A stretch of 64,000 bases of DNA from Octopus vulgaris (Eukaryota): contig OX597814.1 in NCBI GenBank assembly GCA_951406725.2, positions 129,828,001 to 129,892,000 of the forward strand. Reading direction: 5' to 3'. Numbering within the stretch: the stretch's first letter is position 1; each line of letters opens with the position of its first letter. Positions 1 to 16,039 of the stretch are shown in pieces. The notes beneath the pieces are model-generated. The model did not search any database and was not told where the DNA came from. It worked only from the letters and a program-made list of their open reading frames with translations. The translations under genes were made by a program, and so were the position numbers.

Positions 1-510
1 CACACATAGACGCTCGTGCGTTTATCAAAGATCGAATTTTGGTTTTTTATCACTTCAAGTATGTTGCACTTTTACTATCAAGTATCGATGTTGTCTTCTT
101 TATTCTTTATCTAATATATTTACTGATGTATAAATTGTTATCGCGATTAACGTTTTGCATGAATGCAGTCAGTAGAGAAATAGAAAAGTTGATAACATAT
201 CGGAAAAAAATACCAGGGTTGATGAGTGCAAATTTACTGCAAGCCATTCGATTCGTTGAATTGCTGAGCAGGAAAGCTGTATTCTATGTTGTTTTTAGTC
301 CACCTGGCAACTGAGATTATCAAAGGGCTGAAATCTTTTATCGATACATAAGGATGTAAATGGAGTGCTAGATTTCGGTTATATGCCATGCAGGTTAATT
401 CGCAATATTCTAGTGTGGAAACCCGTGTGTTCGTGTTTGTGTATGTGTGTGTTTGTGTATGAGTGTGTGTGTGTAGTTGGGTGCGAGTATTTATGTGTGT
501 ATGTATGTGT

Positions 511-681
511 GTCATTATTCGGTTTTATTTCAAGATTTCTTGCCAATAGAGAAAGAGCTGTTTTCTAAAAGCTCCTTTATTGGAATTTTAGCATCAACAA
601 CAAGGTATTTTTGCTAGTATGTATGTATGTATGTATGTATGTATGTATGTATGTATGTATGTATGTATGTATGTATGTATG

Positions 682-712
<31 letters not shown>

Positions 713-1023
713 GTGCAGATGTGTATGTTTTGCTTTATGTGTGTATTCTCATGCATACAGTTGCATATCTAAACATGCTCATATATACTTAAATGATAAA
801 CTTCTGGAAAGTTTTACAGATCTTTACAGTTTCAGTGATGAATTAGATCTGTGGTCACCGAATCAGCTTTCTCTTTCTGTTTTTGAGAAGGTTAATTTCT
901 CAAGACTGGTATTTAGGCAGTGTGTTACATATCCCAATGCCTCCGTAATTACAGGTATTAACCTGAACTTGTAATCTGGACACAGTACCAGCAGATTTCT
1001 CAATAGTTCAGTGTAGGTGTTTA
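511..1023 (-). mobile_element. R4/Dong-like RLE non-LTR retrotransposon, 5'-truncated 3' end
   Basis: Minus-strand translation NTYTELLRNL..PDYKFRLIPVITEALGYV..L..KLIR*PQI*FITETVKICKTF matches the RLE-clade C-terminus (P.IIGALG...GT.KI.K.F). The 3' UTR end at 511-560 recurs at 6147-6206. Both ends abut (TATG)n. Confidence 0.7.
618..710. repeat. (TATG)n microsatellite
   Basis: Direct read. Similar tracts at 1026-1105, 6207-6290, 27157-27220, 27278-27350, 37051-37140, 37634-37720, 38331-38497, 42527-42598 and 48765-48840. Confidence 0.95.
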
Positions 1024-1116
1024 GTGTATGTATGTATGTATGTATGTATGTATGTATGTATGTATGTATGTATGTATGTATGTATGTATGTATGTATGTA
1101 TGTATCTATATATGTA

Positions 1117-2761
1117 CAAACTCATGAACTTATTAGTACAGTCTGGAGGGATGGTGCAATGCTTAAGGACTGGAAGGATGCAATTATTCTTCCTCTCTAT
1201 AAAGGAAAAGGAGCCAGAATAATGTGTGGTAACTACAGAGGTATTGCTCAACTATCAGCTGCTGGAAAGGTTCTGGCAAATATTTTTCTTACCCGCCTGA
1301 ATGGGTGTCTAATAAATGATGTCTTGTCTGAATCTCAATGTGGTTTCCAATCTGGTAGAGGGACAAAGGATATGATTTTCACAACAAGACAGTGCAGGAG
1401 AAGTGCTATGAACAGAATATGGATCTTGTCCAGGCATCCACTGATTTGACGAAGACCTTTGATACTGTAAATAGGACCTTTCTATGGAAAATACTTGGCA
1501 AACTTGGATACCGGATCTCTATGTATCGATAATTAAATCATTTCATGATGGGATGGAGGCTTGGGCCAATGTTGGTGGTGACATGGCGGGACCCATTCCT
1601 GTAGAGAATGGTGTCAAGCAGGGTGACAACCTTGCCCCAACTATCTTTTCTTTGTACTTTACTGCTGCTTTTACTCATGCTTTTGCTAAGGTTAGCTCTC
1701 TGGTAGTATATGTCAGATATCGATCTTCTGGCCTCTTTAATCCGCGTCGATTTGCTGCCAATTCAAAAGTTTTCCGGTCTCTTATTCGTGACCTCCTTTA
1801 TGCAGATGACTATGACTTAGTTACTCATACAGTGGATGACATGCAAATACTCATGAATCGTATCTCTGTTTCTTGCATGGCATTTGGACTCAGCATTAGT
1901 CTGGACAAGACTGTTGTAATGCTCTAGCCTGCACCAGAAAATCTATATGTGGAATCAGCTATCTCGGTTGAAGGACCAATTCTGAAGGTGGTAGACAAGT
2001 TTGTCTACCTGGGCAGCACACTCAGCCCTTCTTGCTCCCTGGATGATAAAATATCTTTCAGGCTGCAGAGAACAACTAACTCCTTCCGGTCTCTTCTGTC
2101 TCGTGTCTGGTCCCAGTATGGCATCACAAGGCAAACAAAAATTGCTGTGTACCGTGCATGTGTACTGACATCGCTCCTTTACTCATGTGAGACATGGACT
2201 CTTTACAAACGTCATGTAAGGGTCCTTGAACACTTTTATGAGAAATGTCTCAGACACATTCTGAATGTTGGATGGACCTTAAAAATTCCAGACACACAAG
2301 TCCTGATGGCAGCTGATATCTTGAGTATTGAGGCGATGGTACACAAGCACCAGCTACGTTGGATTGAACACCTTAATAGAATGAAGGATATCAGGATCCC
2401 AAGTAGACGCTGTGAATGGAAAGAAACCCAGGCAGAAACCAAGGCTGTGATTTAAGGACAGTGTCAAGTCCGCATTAAAGGCCTGTGATATGCAAGAGAC
2501 TGACTGGGAGAACAATGCCTTTTGAGAGAGAACATATTCAGCATGAAGATCTTAAGCGTGCTGCTAAAAAACACACTGCTGGTGTAGTGAATGGGGAAAG
2601 CTTGGTCTGCAATGTTTGCAGTCGTGTATGCTTGTCAAGAGCAGGGCTTATTAGCCACCAACGGAACCGCAAATGCAAAATATAAGTTAGTCCTGGAGCC
2701 CACAATGTTCCTGAAGGTCAGCAATGATCTTCCTCGGTTACGAGTGGACGGCCATCATCAT
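1117..2761 (+). mobile_element. RTE-clade LINE, 5'-truncated, frameshifted RT pseudogene
   Basis: Successive ORFs give WKDAIILPLYKGKG..CGNYRGI, ESQCGF..GRGTKDMIF, NGVKQG..LAPT.F, LLYADD (1799-1810), F.YLGS and LLYSCETW, then a C-terminal C2H2-like CNVCSRVC..GLISH. Ends in a (CAT)n tail. Confidence 0.93.
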
Positions 2762-3011
2762 GCGTGTATGTATGTATACATATAGAATATGAGGGGTTTG
2801 GTTCACTTGTGATCTAAACGAATAGGTACTCTGAGCAAGTGGTATAATTGGTCATCCGTGTTGTACCAAGTTCACGGGTGAGGCTGGAGCTAGGGATCCA
2901 TATTAGGCTGCCGAGTTAGTAGGTATATATTATATTAGAGGAAAATGGACAACAAAAAAGCCAAAGCAAGACAGGTATCTCAAGTCATTTAGAAATCTAG
3001 AATATGTAATC

Positions 3012-3052
<41 letters not shown>

Positions 3053-3104
3053 AACACACACACATATATGTATATATATACACACAAACATGTATGTGTA
3101 TATA

Positions 3105-3487
3105 TCTCTCTATATATAAACGGCAGTTTGTCTGTGTGTGTTTCTGTGTGTCTGTTTGGTTGTACCCTCACTCTGACCACGGCTTTCAACCGATTCTGAT
3201 GAAACTTGACACACACATAGCCCAATGTCATAATTCAAAACTAACGCAGCGAAAATTTTGAAAAGTTCCCCCAGTTCTGAAAAAAATCGATAAATTCGAC
3301 ATGGGGTCGAGAATCAGAAACACAAACCACAGACTGTCTAGGGGACGCAACTCCACCTTTTTAACTCTCACAAAAAATTTACCATAATTTTTTTCCCATT
3401 TTTTTGCTATATTTTGGCTATAACTATCTAAAAATGCTTTATAGTTATTTCCCTTACAAACCCGAGCAACGCCGGGCGATACTGCTA

Positions 3488-3488
<1 letters not shown>
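3105..3488 (+). mobile_element. Non-autonomous Helitron, copy 1
   Basis: 5' TC, internal GTCT/GTGT microsatellite, 3' hairpin CCCGAGCAACGCCGGG (3461-3476) and terminal CTAG (3485-3488). Inserted between A and T in (TA)n. Confidence 0.85.
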
Positions 3489-3541
<53 letters not shown>

Positions 3542-3564
3542 TTATATATATATATATATAAATT

Positions 3565-4020
3565 TATATAAGGATAAGATCGTTATTTAAAATGCCGATC
3601 TTCCAGGTGGTTAGTACGGGAATTAAAAAACTCACAGGTAATAATTAATTATTAAAATTATAATTAAGGGTAAGTAAGAGATGCCACCACGCTAGAAATA
3701 GCAGTCAAAACGTGACTCTGAGACCACATTAAATGTTCATACAGCAGCAGGAGATAAGAGAAAGAGACAAAATATACTAGCAAAAAAAAAAAATTACTGG
3801 ATAATTCCACATCCCGGATTTCTGGCTCTGCATAAGAAATGCTTTGCCTTCATCAGTGGAATATTCGCAGATAGCTCATAAATACAAATATATACATATA
3901 TATATACAACATATGAATACTTACATATATATCATATATATGAACGCATGCACACGACCAAGTTTTGGCTAATATTTCTAGCGTGGTGATATCTCTTAGA
4001 TACCCTTCATTATAAATTTA
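3565..4020 (-). mobile_element. Hammerhead-containing Penelope/retrozyme-like repeat (family H1) with an inverted terminal fragment at 3958-4020
   Basis: Reverse complement of the repeat at 60490-61278. 3958-4020 is an inverted copy of ~3655-3715. Confidence 0.7.
3804..3862 (-). ncRNA. Type-I hammerhead ribozyme motif, cleavage triplet mutated to AUG
   Basis: attcca-CTGATGA-a ggc aaa gcat ttctt atgc aga gcc a-GAAA-tccggga-TG-tggaat. Stems I and II pair. Confidence 0.6.
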
Positions 4021-4104
4021 TATATATAGATAACAGACACAACAGAATATGCTTCAACACACGAACTAATATAAAGAATCTTGCAAACCAAATCCCAAAA
4101 CGAA

Positions 4105-4143
<39 letters not shown>

Positions 4144-4148
<5 letters not shown>

Positions 4149-4528
4149 ATATATATAAACGGCAGTTTGTCTGTGCGTGTTTCTGTGTGTCTGTTTGCTT
4201 GTACCCTCACCCTGACCACGGCTTTCAACCGATTCTGATGAAACTTGACACACACATAGCCCAATGTCATAATTCAAAACTAACGCAGCGAAAATTTTGA
4301 AAAGTTCCCCCAGTTCTGAAAAAAATCGATAAATTCGACATGGGGTCGACAATGAGAAACACAAACCACAAACTGTCTAGGGGACGCAACTCCACCTTTT
4401 TTAAATCTCAAAAAAAAATTTACCATCATTTTTTTCCATTTTTTTGCTATTTTTTGGCTATAACTCTCTAAAAATGCTTTATAGTTATTTCCCTTACAAA
4501 CCTGAGCAACGCCGGGCGATACTGCTAG
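4144..4528 (+). mobile_element. Non-autonomous Helitron, copy 2
   Basis: Near-identical to 3105-3488, with TC start, hairpin and CTAG end. Sits in (TA)n. Confidence 0.85.
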
Positions 4529-4603
4529 TATATATATATATATATGTATGTATATATATATACACAACATATATGAAGATATTTAGAAATACTGCCTCCG
4601 TCA

Positions 4604-4646
<43 letters not shown>

Positions 4647-5134
4647 TATATGAATGTATATGTCTATGAAAGTATTTGTATATGTGATTCTCGTGTGAAT
4701 TTTGCGTGTGAGTGTATTTTGCAAATAATCTACTTATGTGCGTACAAAAGCATGTATACTTTCTCCTTTTCTATGTATAGTGGACTCCAACATTAGTATG
4801 AAGGCCACTCAACACAAACAACATATCATTTAATAAAATCGTTATAGGTGTTTTTACTGGTATTCAGATAATCTAGGAGATGTCTTGCGCAAAGTAAGTG
4901 TTTAACTTCTTGCAGAATTTTGACGATTTCAGTTGGTTATTAGCTGTTAGGGCGGTTTATTCTTGAACAGCTTAGTAGATGGACAAACATATGCTACAGT
5001 ACTAAAATTGAGCAGGTCTATGTTCATAGGTGGTCCAGTCGTGGCAATCCCATCTTTTTCTATATTATCCAGAGTGCCCCTCTTTGTTTTTTAAGACAAG
5101 ATGTACTCTGAGGGATGGAGATGTGGTTGATTTT

Positions 5135-5557
5135 TTCTTATTTCTTTATTTCTTTACTACCCACAAGGGGCTACACACAGAGGGGATAAACAAGGACAGA
5201 CAAACGGATTAAGTCGATTATATCGAATCCAGTGCGTAACTGGTACTTAATTTATCGACCCCGAAAGGATGAAAGACAAAGTCGACCTCGGGGGAATTTG
5301 AACTCAGAACGTAGCGACAGACGAAATACCTATTTCTTTACTACCCACAAGGGGCTAAACACAGAGGGGATAAACAAGGACAGACAAACGGATTAAGTCG
5401 ATTATATCGACCTCAGTGCATAACTGGTACTTAATTTATCGACCCCGAAAGGATGAGAGACAAAGTCGACCTCGGCGGAATTTGAACTCACAACGTAGAA
5501 ACAGACGAAACACGGCTATGCATTTCGCCAGCGCACTAACATTTCTGCCAGCTCGCT
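5135..5557 (-). mobile_element. tRNA-derived SINE family B, one head plus two tandem bodies
   Basis: Head GCGAGCTGGCAGAAA..., B-box GAGTTCAAATTCC, and core TTTCATCCTTTCGGGGTCGATAAATTAAGTACCAG present twice. Confidence 0.85.
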
Positions 5558-6146
5558 GATGTGGTTGCTTTTTCTAGCAGGATGAGCGATCACACCGATG
5601 CTCCCTTTCAACTTGATGTTGTTGTTTAACCCTAGGTCAGCCATGATCAGGCAGACCTATTATTAAAGGAAATATAAACATGAATTGATATAAAGTGGAT
5701 TAGGTAAATTAAATTTGACCTCAAAACAGAAAAATGAATGCCTCTCCACTTTTAACGTCAAACGTCATTACTGCCTTAATCTAGCACCAGATAAGCTGAT
5801 CGGAGAAGACCTATGCTCAATGATACTCCAGATATATTGTCTAGTGACCGGTAATAAAGTTAGAGGAAAAAAAACACAGTAATAAAGTCGCAAAAGAAAA
5901 GAAAAGTCACAGAAAACGAAAATCACAATTAATTTATGGGATCCGGACAAAACCGCCCTTAGGACAAAACCTCCTCGGACAATCCCACACCGGACTAAAC
6001 CTCCGTGAATTTTTTCCTGTGACTTTTCATATTGTCTTTAAGAATATATTATCCATTGTTTTTACTTATCGTTTCTTTAACGAAGACAGGATATAAATTT
6101 AGGAGGTCATATCGGATCTGTTAGGTCAGATATACGAGGTATGTAT

Positions 6147-6206
6147 GTCGTTATTCAGATTTATTTCAAGATTTATTGCCAATAGAGAAAGAGTCGGTTT
6201 CTAGCC
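6147..6206 (-). mobile_element. 60-bp 3' tip of the R4-like element, in (TATG)n
   Basis: Matches 511-566 and is flanked on both sides by TATG units. Confidence 0.65.
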
Positions 6207-6324
6207 TATGTATGTATGTATGTATGTATGTATGTATGTATGTATGTATGTATGTATGTATGTATGTATGTATGTATGTATGTATGTATGCATGCATGTA
6301 TATATATATATATATATATATGTA

Positions 6325-6366
<42 letters not shown>

Positions 6367-6395
6367 AGCATTGAGATGTATTGAAAGATAAAGAT

Positions 6396-6637
<242 letters not shown>

Positions 6638-7719
6638 ATATATATATATATATGTATTTCATATATATATATACATATATATGAAAATATCGATATTACT
6701 GTGAATTTTGGACGATAACGGATGACAAAAAGAATGTCCGCATATTGTGTGAATTTTTCTTTTGTTTCTTTGTCCTCCTGTGTAATTTTAGAATCTATTT
6801 GTCTGTCTATCTGTTTGTCTCCTTCTCTCACTCTCTCTCCCTCCCTATATATCGATGTGTGTGTGTGCGTGTGCACGTAGATATATTTATGTATATATAT
6901 GATCAGATCAGAACTGATCTGGCGGAATCATGATAAAAGGTTCCATCCAGTCTTTTGAAGCCTTTTCATCATAGCAAATCTTGAATGTCATTATCCAATT
7001 GTCTTTTTGTTTTCTTTTTAATTGTAAAAGTATGATATAAGGAAACGTTGGCCGCTATTTCTAGCAGACCGAGCAATGAGCACTGAGGGCTCCTTGTTGG
7101 AGAGATAGCGTGCTTTGAAGAATAATCAGCTCGCTCCGGAGAAATAAGTAAATAGAAAATTACGATGAAGTGTTAACTATGAATGACAAGTAGTTTATGT
7201 GTTGGACGGTTTATCTATGAAAAACAGCAATGTTGTAAACAAATAACATGAGAAATGCTAAAAGAAAGAAAAAAAGCATAAGAATAAGAAATCAGGAAAG
7301 AAAAATAATTAAGGAAATAATAATAAACACGTATAAATCTGAATAGACAGAAAATATGAATGAAAGAAGCTATATTTGTTTTTTTTTTGTTTTTTTTATG
7401 AACGTTTTATGTGGTTTCTTGCTTTATTCTAAAGGAAATGTAATAAATACACACCTAATGACCTGCAACGTGTTTTCAGTTCACGAGCTGATCTGGGTTT
7501 ACGGAACCTCGTGAATAGCTGTGACCTTGTTCTTCAGTTCAATAGGCTACGTTTGTTGTATCTGAGATTTATTGCGTTAATGTAATTATCATTTAGATCA
7601 ATGAAATCAAAAATCCAACATCAAGGCTGGACTTGTACCGAACTTCAGAGTTTTGAACAAGTAGTACGTAAAAGCTTATACCCCAGGGTTTATTTCATAT
7701 ATATATGTATATATATGTA

Positions 7720-7771
<52 letters not shown>

Positions 7772-7960
7772 CATATATATATATATATACATATATGTAT
7801 ATATTTTTGTATATATATATGTATATATATACATATATATATACATATATACAGGACTTAAATATTTATATACATATATATACATATATATACATATATA
7901 TATAGGACTTAAAGATATATATATGTATGTATACATATATATATAGGACTTAAGGATTTG

Positions 7961-7992
<32 letters not shown>

Positions 7993-8202
7993 TATATACA
8001 TATATATATATATTATTTATATTTTGTGTTTATTTATTTTTGGGGTTTCCATTATGTATCCAATACTCTAACGCTGTGTCAGAAAGATCAAATAACTCAG
8101 ATCGAGGTTGTAATGATTTATAACATCGGCTCAAGTCACATATTTTGCCGGGGAGGTCAAAATCGATTAAACTGACCGCCCCCCCTGCCCTCCACCCAAC
8201 CA

Positions 8203-8265
<63 letters not shown>

Positions 8266-8618
8266 CGCTACTTAATTGGTTCTTATGATAAAAAGCTAAG
8301 TCAACGCCGACAGAATTTGAACTCAGAACATTAAAAGGATCTTAACTAGATGTTCAGAGGCATTTTTCAGTGGCGCTCTGCTGATTTCGTCCTTCGCCAT
8401 TACTGCTCTTTCCAATCGACTCCTATTGATCTCTTCGATAAGCAAACGCTGCTGGATAATAAGAAGTAAACAAGTTGATCGTTAATATTCACGATGGTAA
8501 TGATGAAATGTAATGACACTAGTAAGTATGTGTCAAGAGGTAAAGTTCTCTTACTTTTGCTTCTCATGTTTGTATCTAAACAAGAATCATTGTTATTTAT
8601 CTCCTCTGTTTAGTGATG

Positions 8619-8832
8619 TACTCTTTACTCTTTACTCTTTTACTTGTTTCAGTCATTTGACTGTGGCCATGCTGGAGCACTGCCTTTAGTCGAGCAAATC
8701 GACCCCAGGACTTATTCTTTGTAAGCCTAGTACTTATTTTATCGGTCTCTTTCGCCGAACCGCTAAGTTACGGGGACGTAAACACACCAGCATCGGTTGT
8801 CGAGCGATGTTGAAGGGACAAACACAGACACA

Positions 8833-8886
<54 letters not shown>

Positions 8887-9057
8887 CATATATATGACAG
8901 GCTTCTTTCAGTTTCCGTCTACCAAATCCACTCACAAGGCTTTGGTCGGCCCGAGGCTATAGTAGAAGACACTTGCCCAAGGTGCCACGCAGTGGGACTG
9001 AACCCGGAACCATGTGGTTGGTAAACAAGCTACTTACCACACAGCCACTCCTGCACC
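8619..9057 (-). mobile_element. tRNA-derived SINE family A, full length
   Basis: Head with A-box TGGCTGTGTGGTAAG and B-box GGTTCAGTCCC, CORE-like CCTTGGGCAAGTG, an internal (TA)/(TG) tract and a (GAGTAAA)n tail. Resembles published octopus tRNA-SINEs. Confidence 0.9.
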
Positions 9058-9455
9058 TATGTACATTCTTTTACCTTCTTATGTTTTACTTGTTTTAGTC
9101 ATTAGACTATGGACATAGTAGGGAACCGCTGGAAGATTGGAGTGGAACAAATCTGTCTCCGTCTACCAAATTTACTCACTAGGCATTGGTCGACCTGGGA
9201 TTACAGTAGCAGACACGTCTCACTCACTAAGAAATCAGTGGCTACATCTTAATTACATAGCCAACTCTACATCTATAAAACAAAATTAACACTGAACTGC
9301 AGTAACTAGGATTCGAACCTGGGTTACCACAGATATAATATGAGGTTTGAACTACTAGACGATCACAGTTTTTGTTGAACCGTGTTTGCGCTCAAAGTTC
9401 AATTCTTCGTTATAGATTTTTTCACTAATTATACATTACTAATAATGCTCGTAAG

Positions 9456-9761
9456 GTGGAGGCAATGGCCTAGTGGTTAGAGCAGCGGACTCGCGGTCGA
9501 GGGATCGCGGGTTCGAATCTCAAACTGGGCGATGTGTGTGTTTATGAGCGAAAGGCCTAAGCTCCATGCGGCTTCGGCAGAAGGTAATGGTGAACTTCTG
9601 CTGACTCTTTCGCCACATCTTTCTCTCACTCTTTCCTCCTGCATCTTGCAGCTCGCCTACGACGGAGTGGCGTCCCGTCCAGGTGGGGAACCTATACACC
9701 AAGGAAACCAGGAAACCGGTCCTTATGAGCCAGGCATGTTTCGAGAAGGAACAAAACAAAA
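9456..9761 (+). mobile_element. tRNA-derived SINE family C
   Basis: A-box TGGCCTAGTGGTTAG and B-box GGTTCGAATC. TSD aatgYtcgtaag at 9444-9455 and 9762-9773. Confidence 0.88.
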
Positions 9762-10628
9762 AATGTTCGTAAGAAAGCCATACATATCACACCTTCTAAT
9801 ACCTCCACAATCGGAACTCCGAGAAATTAATTACCATTTGATGATTATCCCTGGTAACAAAATCTCCACAAATTGTTCCTATTTAGCGTAGATGTTTTGG
9901 ATCCGTGAACTGCACCCTTGTGTATGTGCCTAAGGGGAAACAGATGACGGGAGAGGTTGAAAAACTTTCTGAAAACAGATGCTATTGACAGGTTAAACCA
10001 CACATTTCCTTAGATTAACACAGCCAGTAGGTCTCAGGATATTCATGAGCGAAATTCACTTATTACAATTATTTAATGCCATAATTTGTCAGAGAATGTA
10101 GAGGGAAATGTTTCTTAGCAGTACCCGAGAGGATAGGGACCATTACCGTGCATAAAGCCCTGTAATTCTGCATTATCAGTAACTGTATATTCCCGTTACA
10201 TCTTCTCCAATAATTTCTGGCTGGTGGTATCTGATTTTCAAGGACCCACTTAAAAAATTCTAGGAGAATTTCTTGCGCGATCGAGTAATAAGGTAGTTTG
10301 TAGTAACTCATAAATCAGGGTTTTCTCTTTCACAAAAACGTAACTGAAAATTGAACAATGAACTCAAGAAACATACATCTTCTTTTGAATTCTTATCCTT
10401 CCTCTTCATCAATCTGGTTTCACTTTTTCCTTCTAATTTTCCTCCGGGACACAACTCCATTTCCCCCATATCTACTGGCGAAGCCACGTACACTTCAGGC
10501 CACTCACTTCCTATTATTTAGTTTCGACTATTCGTTTTCTACCACTGGTTTCGTATAAGGTTTTCCGATAAAAATACATACATACAGACGGATAGACACA
10601 CACACACATACACACGCACATACACATG

Positions 10629-10671
<43 letters not shown>

Positions 10672-10827
10672 ATATACGCGTACGCACATATATATACACG
10701 CACACATATATACATACACAGACACACACATACATACACACACACATATAATGAAGAAAACAGGATAACTATCTTGTTATACGTTATACAGCGTAACTAA
10801 TTAGCGATCTAATCGAGGATCAGAGAT

Positions 10828-13266
<2,439 letters not shown>

Positions 13267-13764
13267 GTGTGTGTGCGAGAGAGAGAGAGAGAGAGTGGGA
13301 CATTGAGAGAGTGAAAAGATATAATCTGAGGTGATGTAAGCAGCTAATATAGCGGCTTCAACTCGGAAAAAAACTATTGTATAAAAATAGAAGAGTAGAG
13401 AGTTGATAAAACCAGTACGCATGGGTAACTTAACATGTCGGTTGATATATTACAAGCCGGAAAGTTGTGCAGTAGAGTCTTATCGCTCTGCAATGTCATT
13501 TTTCATTAAATGCTTTTACAGGCAACAGTCTGTATTGGACTTGTTGACGGTTAGTTTTTACTTCCTGATACAGTATATATTTTCGTCAGTATGTCAGAAT
13601 ATTTCGTCACTGAAAGTGTGGTAAATACCCTTATTTGGTTTATGAGATTTTAAAGGAGACAAATGTGAAAGCCTTAAAGTATTAGGACTGTTTTCAACAT
13701 GAAAGTGAAAAGTTAAGCTCATGTGCTTCAATAAGTAATTTGTCGACGATCTGAATAATTGACA

Positions 13765-13967
13765 CCGTATTTCATAGCATATGAGACGTACTTCTAACGA
13801 AAAGGGATTTTTGAGACAACCATTAAAAAAAAAACAACAACAATAGAAATAAAAACAGAAATCTCAAAGAGATCACCTTGGGTCTTCTATATTAGTGCAT
13901 AAAAATTTTTTTTTCCCGGATATGTACTGCTGAAATTGGGGTGCGCCTTTTGCGCTATCAAATACGG
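13765..13967. mobile_element. Tc2/pogo-like MITE
   Basis: TIRs CCGTATTT...AAATACGG followed by TA, with extended subterminal complementarity. Confidence 0.6.
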
Positions 13968-14087
13968 TATATCACTTAAATTAGTTTATTTAGAGATACC
14001 ATCCGACTTGAAAGATATAGTTGGGTGAGAAATGGTGGATTCTGTCCTGGAAAAAAAAAAACGGTGTGAGGAAGGAAATAGGTGGTT

Positions 14088-14484
14088 CCTTCTTTTATTC
14101 TTTTGCTTGTGTCAGCCATTTGACTGCGGTCATGCTGGAGCACCGCCTTAAAGGGTTTTAGTCGAAGAAATCAATCCCAGGATTTATTCTTTGTAAGCCT
14201 AGTATAAATATTCTGTCGGCCCCATTTGCCGAACCGCTAAGTTACGAGGACATAAACATACTAACATCGGTTGTCAAGTGATGGCGTCGGGACAAACACA
14301 GACAGACACACAAATATATACGACGGGTTTCTTTCAGTTTCCGTCTACCAAATCCACTTAAAAAGCTTTGATCGGCTCGAGGCTATAGTAGAAGATATTT
14401 GTCTAAGGTACCATGCAGTGGGAATGAACCTGGAACCATGTGGTTGGGAAGCAAGCTTCTTACCACACAGCCACGCCTGCGCCT
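14088..14484 (-). mobile_element. SINE family A
   Basis: Homologous to 8619-9057. An older, diverged copy follows at ~14545-14953. Confidence 0.88.
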
Positions 14485-15978
14485 GGTTGTACAAGAATGT
14501 TAAAAGTCTTGCTGTTATTGAAGGAAAGTAATTGACTTTTTCCCTTTTATCTTATCTCAGCTATTGGGCTGCGGTCATGCAGGGACACCGCATTAACGAG
14601 TTCTTAGTCGAACAAAGTAATCCAAGCACTTAGTTTTGTAAAGTATTGTACTTATTATATCGGTCTTTTTTCTTCAACGGCTAAGTTGAGGTGAGTATAC
14701 AAAACAATACCGGCTGGCATATGGTGGCGGGTGGTGGCAAACACATACACAAACACACACATGCACGCATACACACGAACATATATACAACGGGATTCCA
14801 TACAGTTTCCGTCTGCCATATTCTCTAATAAGTCAATCGTCAGCTTGGGGTTACAGTAGAAAAAACAAATGTTCAAGGTGCAGCGCAGTGGGACTGAAAC
14901 TAAAATCCCGTGATTGCAAGGCGAGTTTTTAATCACACGGCTATGACTGCGCCTGAGTGATAACAGATTTAGTGTAACTCAGACTCGTTCTTGAAGTTCC
15001 TACGATGAAAAAAAAAAATGAGAAGAGGAAACCAAGACTAAGAGTTTGCTACGGACTGATGTCTGATCTAGAGTTGAAACGTTATTGGGTGTTAACATCT
15101 TAAAATACGATATCGGAAAAAACCTGTATTAGGTTGTGCCAAATGTACAGAACCAGGTACTATCTGAGGGGTGGTTTTTATTGTTGCTACTGTTGCTATA
15201 CAGACCTATGATCAAAAGTACATAGGACGTCAATACTCTGTCCTTTTTACTAACAGTAAACTGGGATTTAAATGGGTGGTGGATGTTGTGTCTCTAACCG
15301 AGTGGTCATGTGGAAGCTATCGCTTTGACTTGTAGTCAATGGAATTGGAGTACCGTTCTGTGGAGCTTCCCACTAGTTTGTGGTCCTGTCTTCGTGGTTC
15401 CCTCTCCGTGAAAACCTTCACTCCATATTCTCTGACAGTAGACTAGCAGTAGCGGTTCACGTGTCTTCATACATAGTTCCGGTTCAAATGAACTTTCCTA
15501 AAAGTAATATACAATGCGTCTGTATACGTGTATGCGTGTGTATGTGTATGTGTATGTGTGCGTGTGTGTGTATGTGAGTGTATGTGTGTACGTGCGTATC
15601 TATGTATGAGCCGTTTTGTATTTATAATTTTATGTATACGTGATTGTGTGCATGTGTTTGTGTAAGAGTGTGTGCATGTGTGTGTGAGCATTATCTATAG
15701 ATAATGTGAAAGACAGAAGCAAATGTGTGTGTGGTGGTGGCGAAAGAAGTGGACGGGTTGTAAGGCATTGATATATGGCAGGATAAGAAAGTTTGAAAGA
15801 ATGATAAAGAAAATATATAATAAAATCAACTAAGTTGGTGATTGAACAAATAGATTGAAAAGTACAGACTAGGACAAAAGAGAGAATGGAGAATAGTAAG
15901 AACAGAAAGGAAACCTTATGGGAGGGATACTCGTTGTATAGTAGAGAGAAAAAGGGAGAGAAAGCAGATTATAAAGAA

Positions 15979-15980
<2 letters not shown>

Positions 15981-16039
<59 letters not shown>

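Noticed and set aside
3192-3210. CTGATGAAA in both Helitrons as a hammerhead core
   Set aside because: There is no stem II or stem I pairing.
7461-7545. Hairpin with CTGAAGA...GAAA on the minus strand
   Set aside because: Stem I does not pair and there is an unpaired spacer after the core.
9456-9530. tRNA-like sequences (also 19670, 23328, 32750-32826)
   Set aside because: They are SINE heads that continue into SINE bodies, most with TSDs, and lack a complete acceptor stem.
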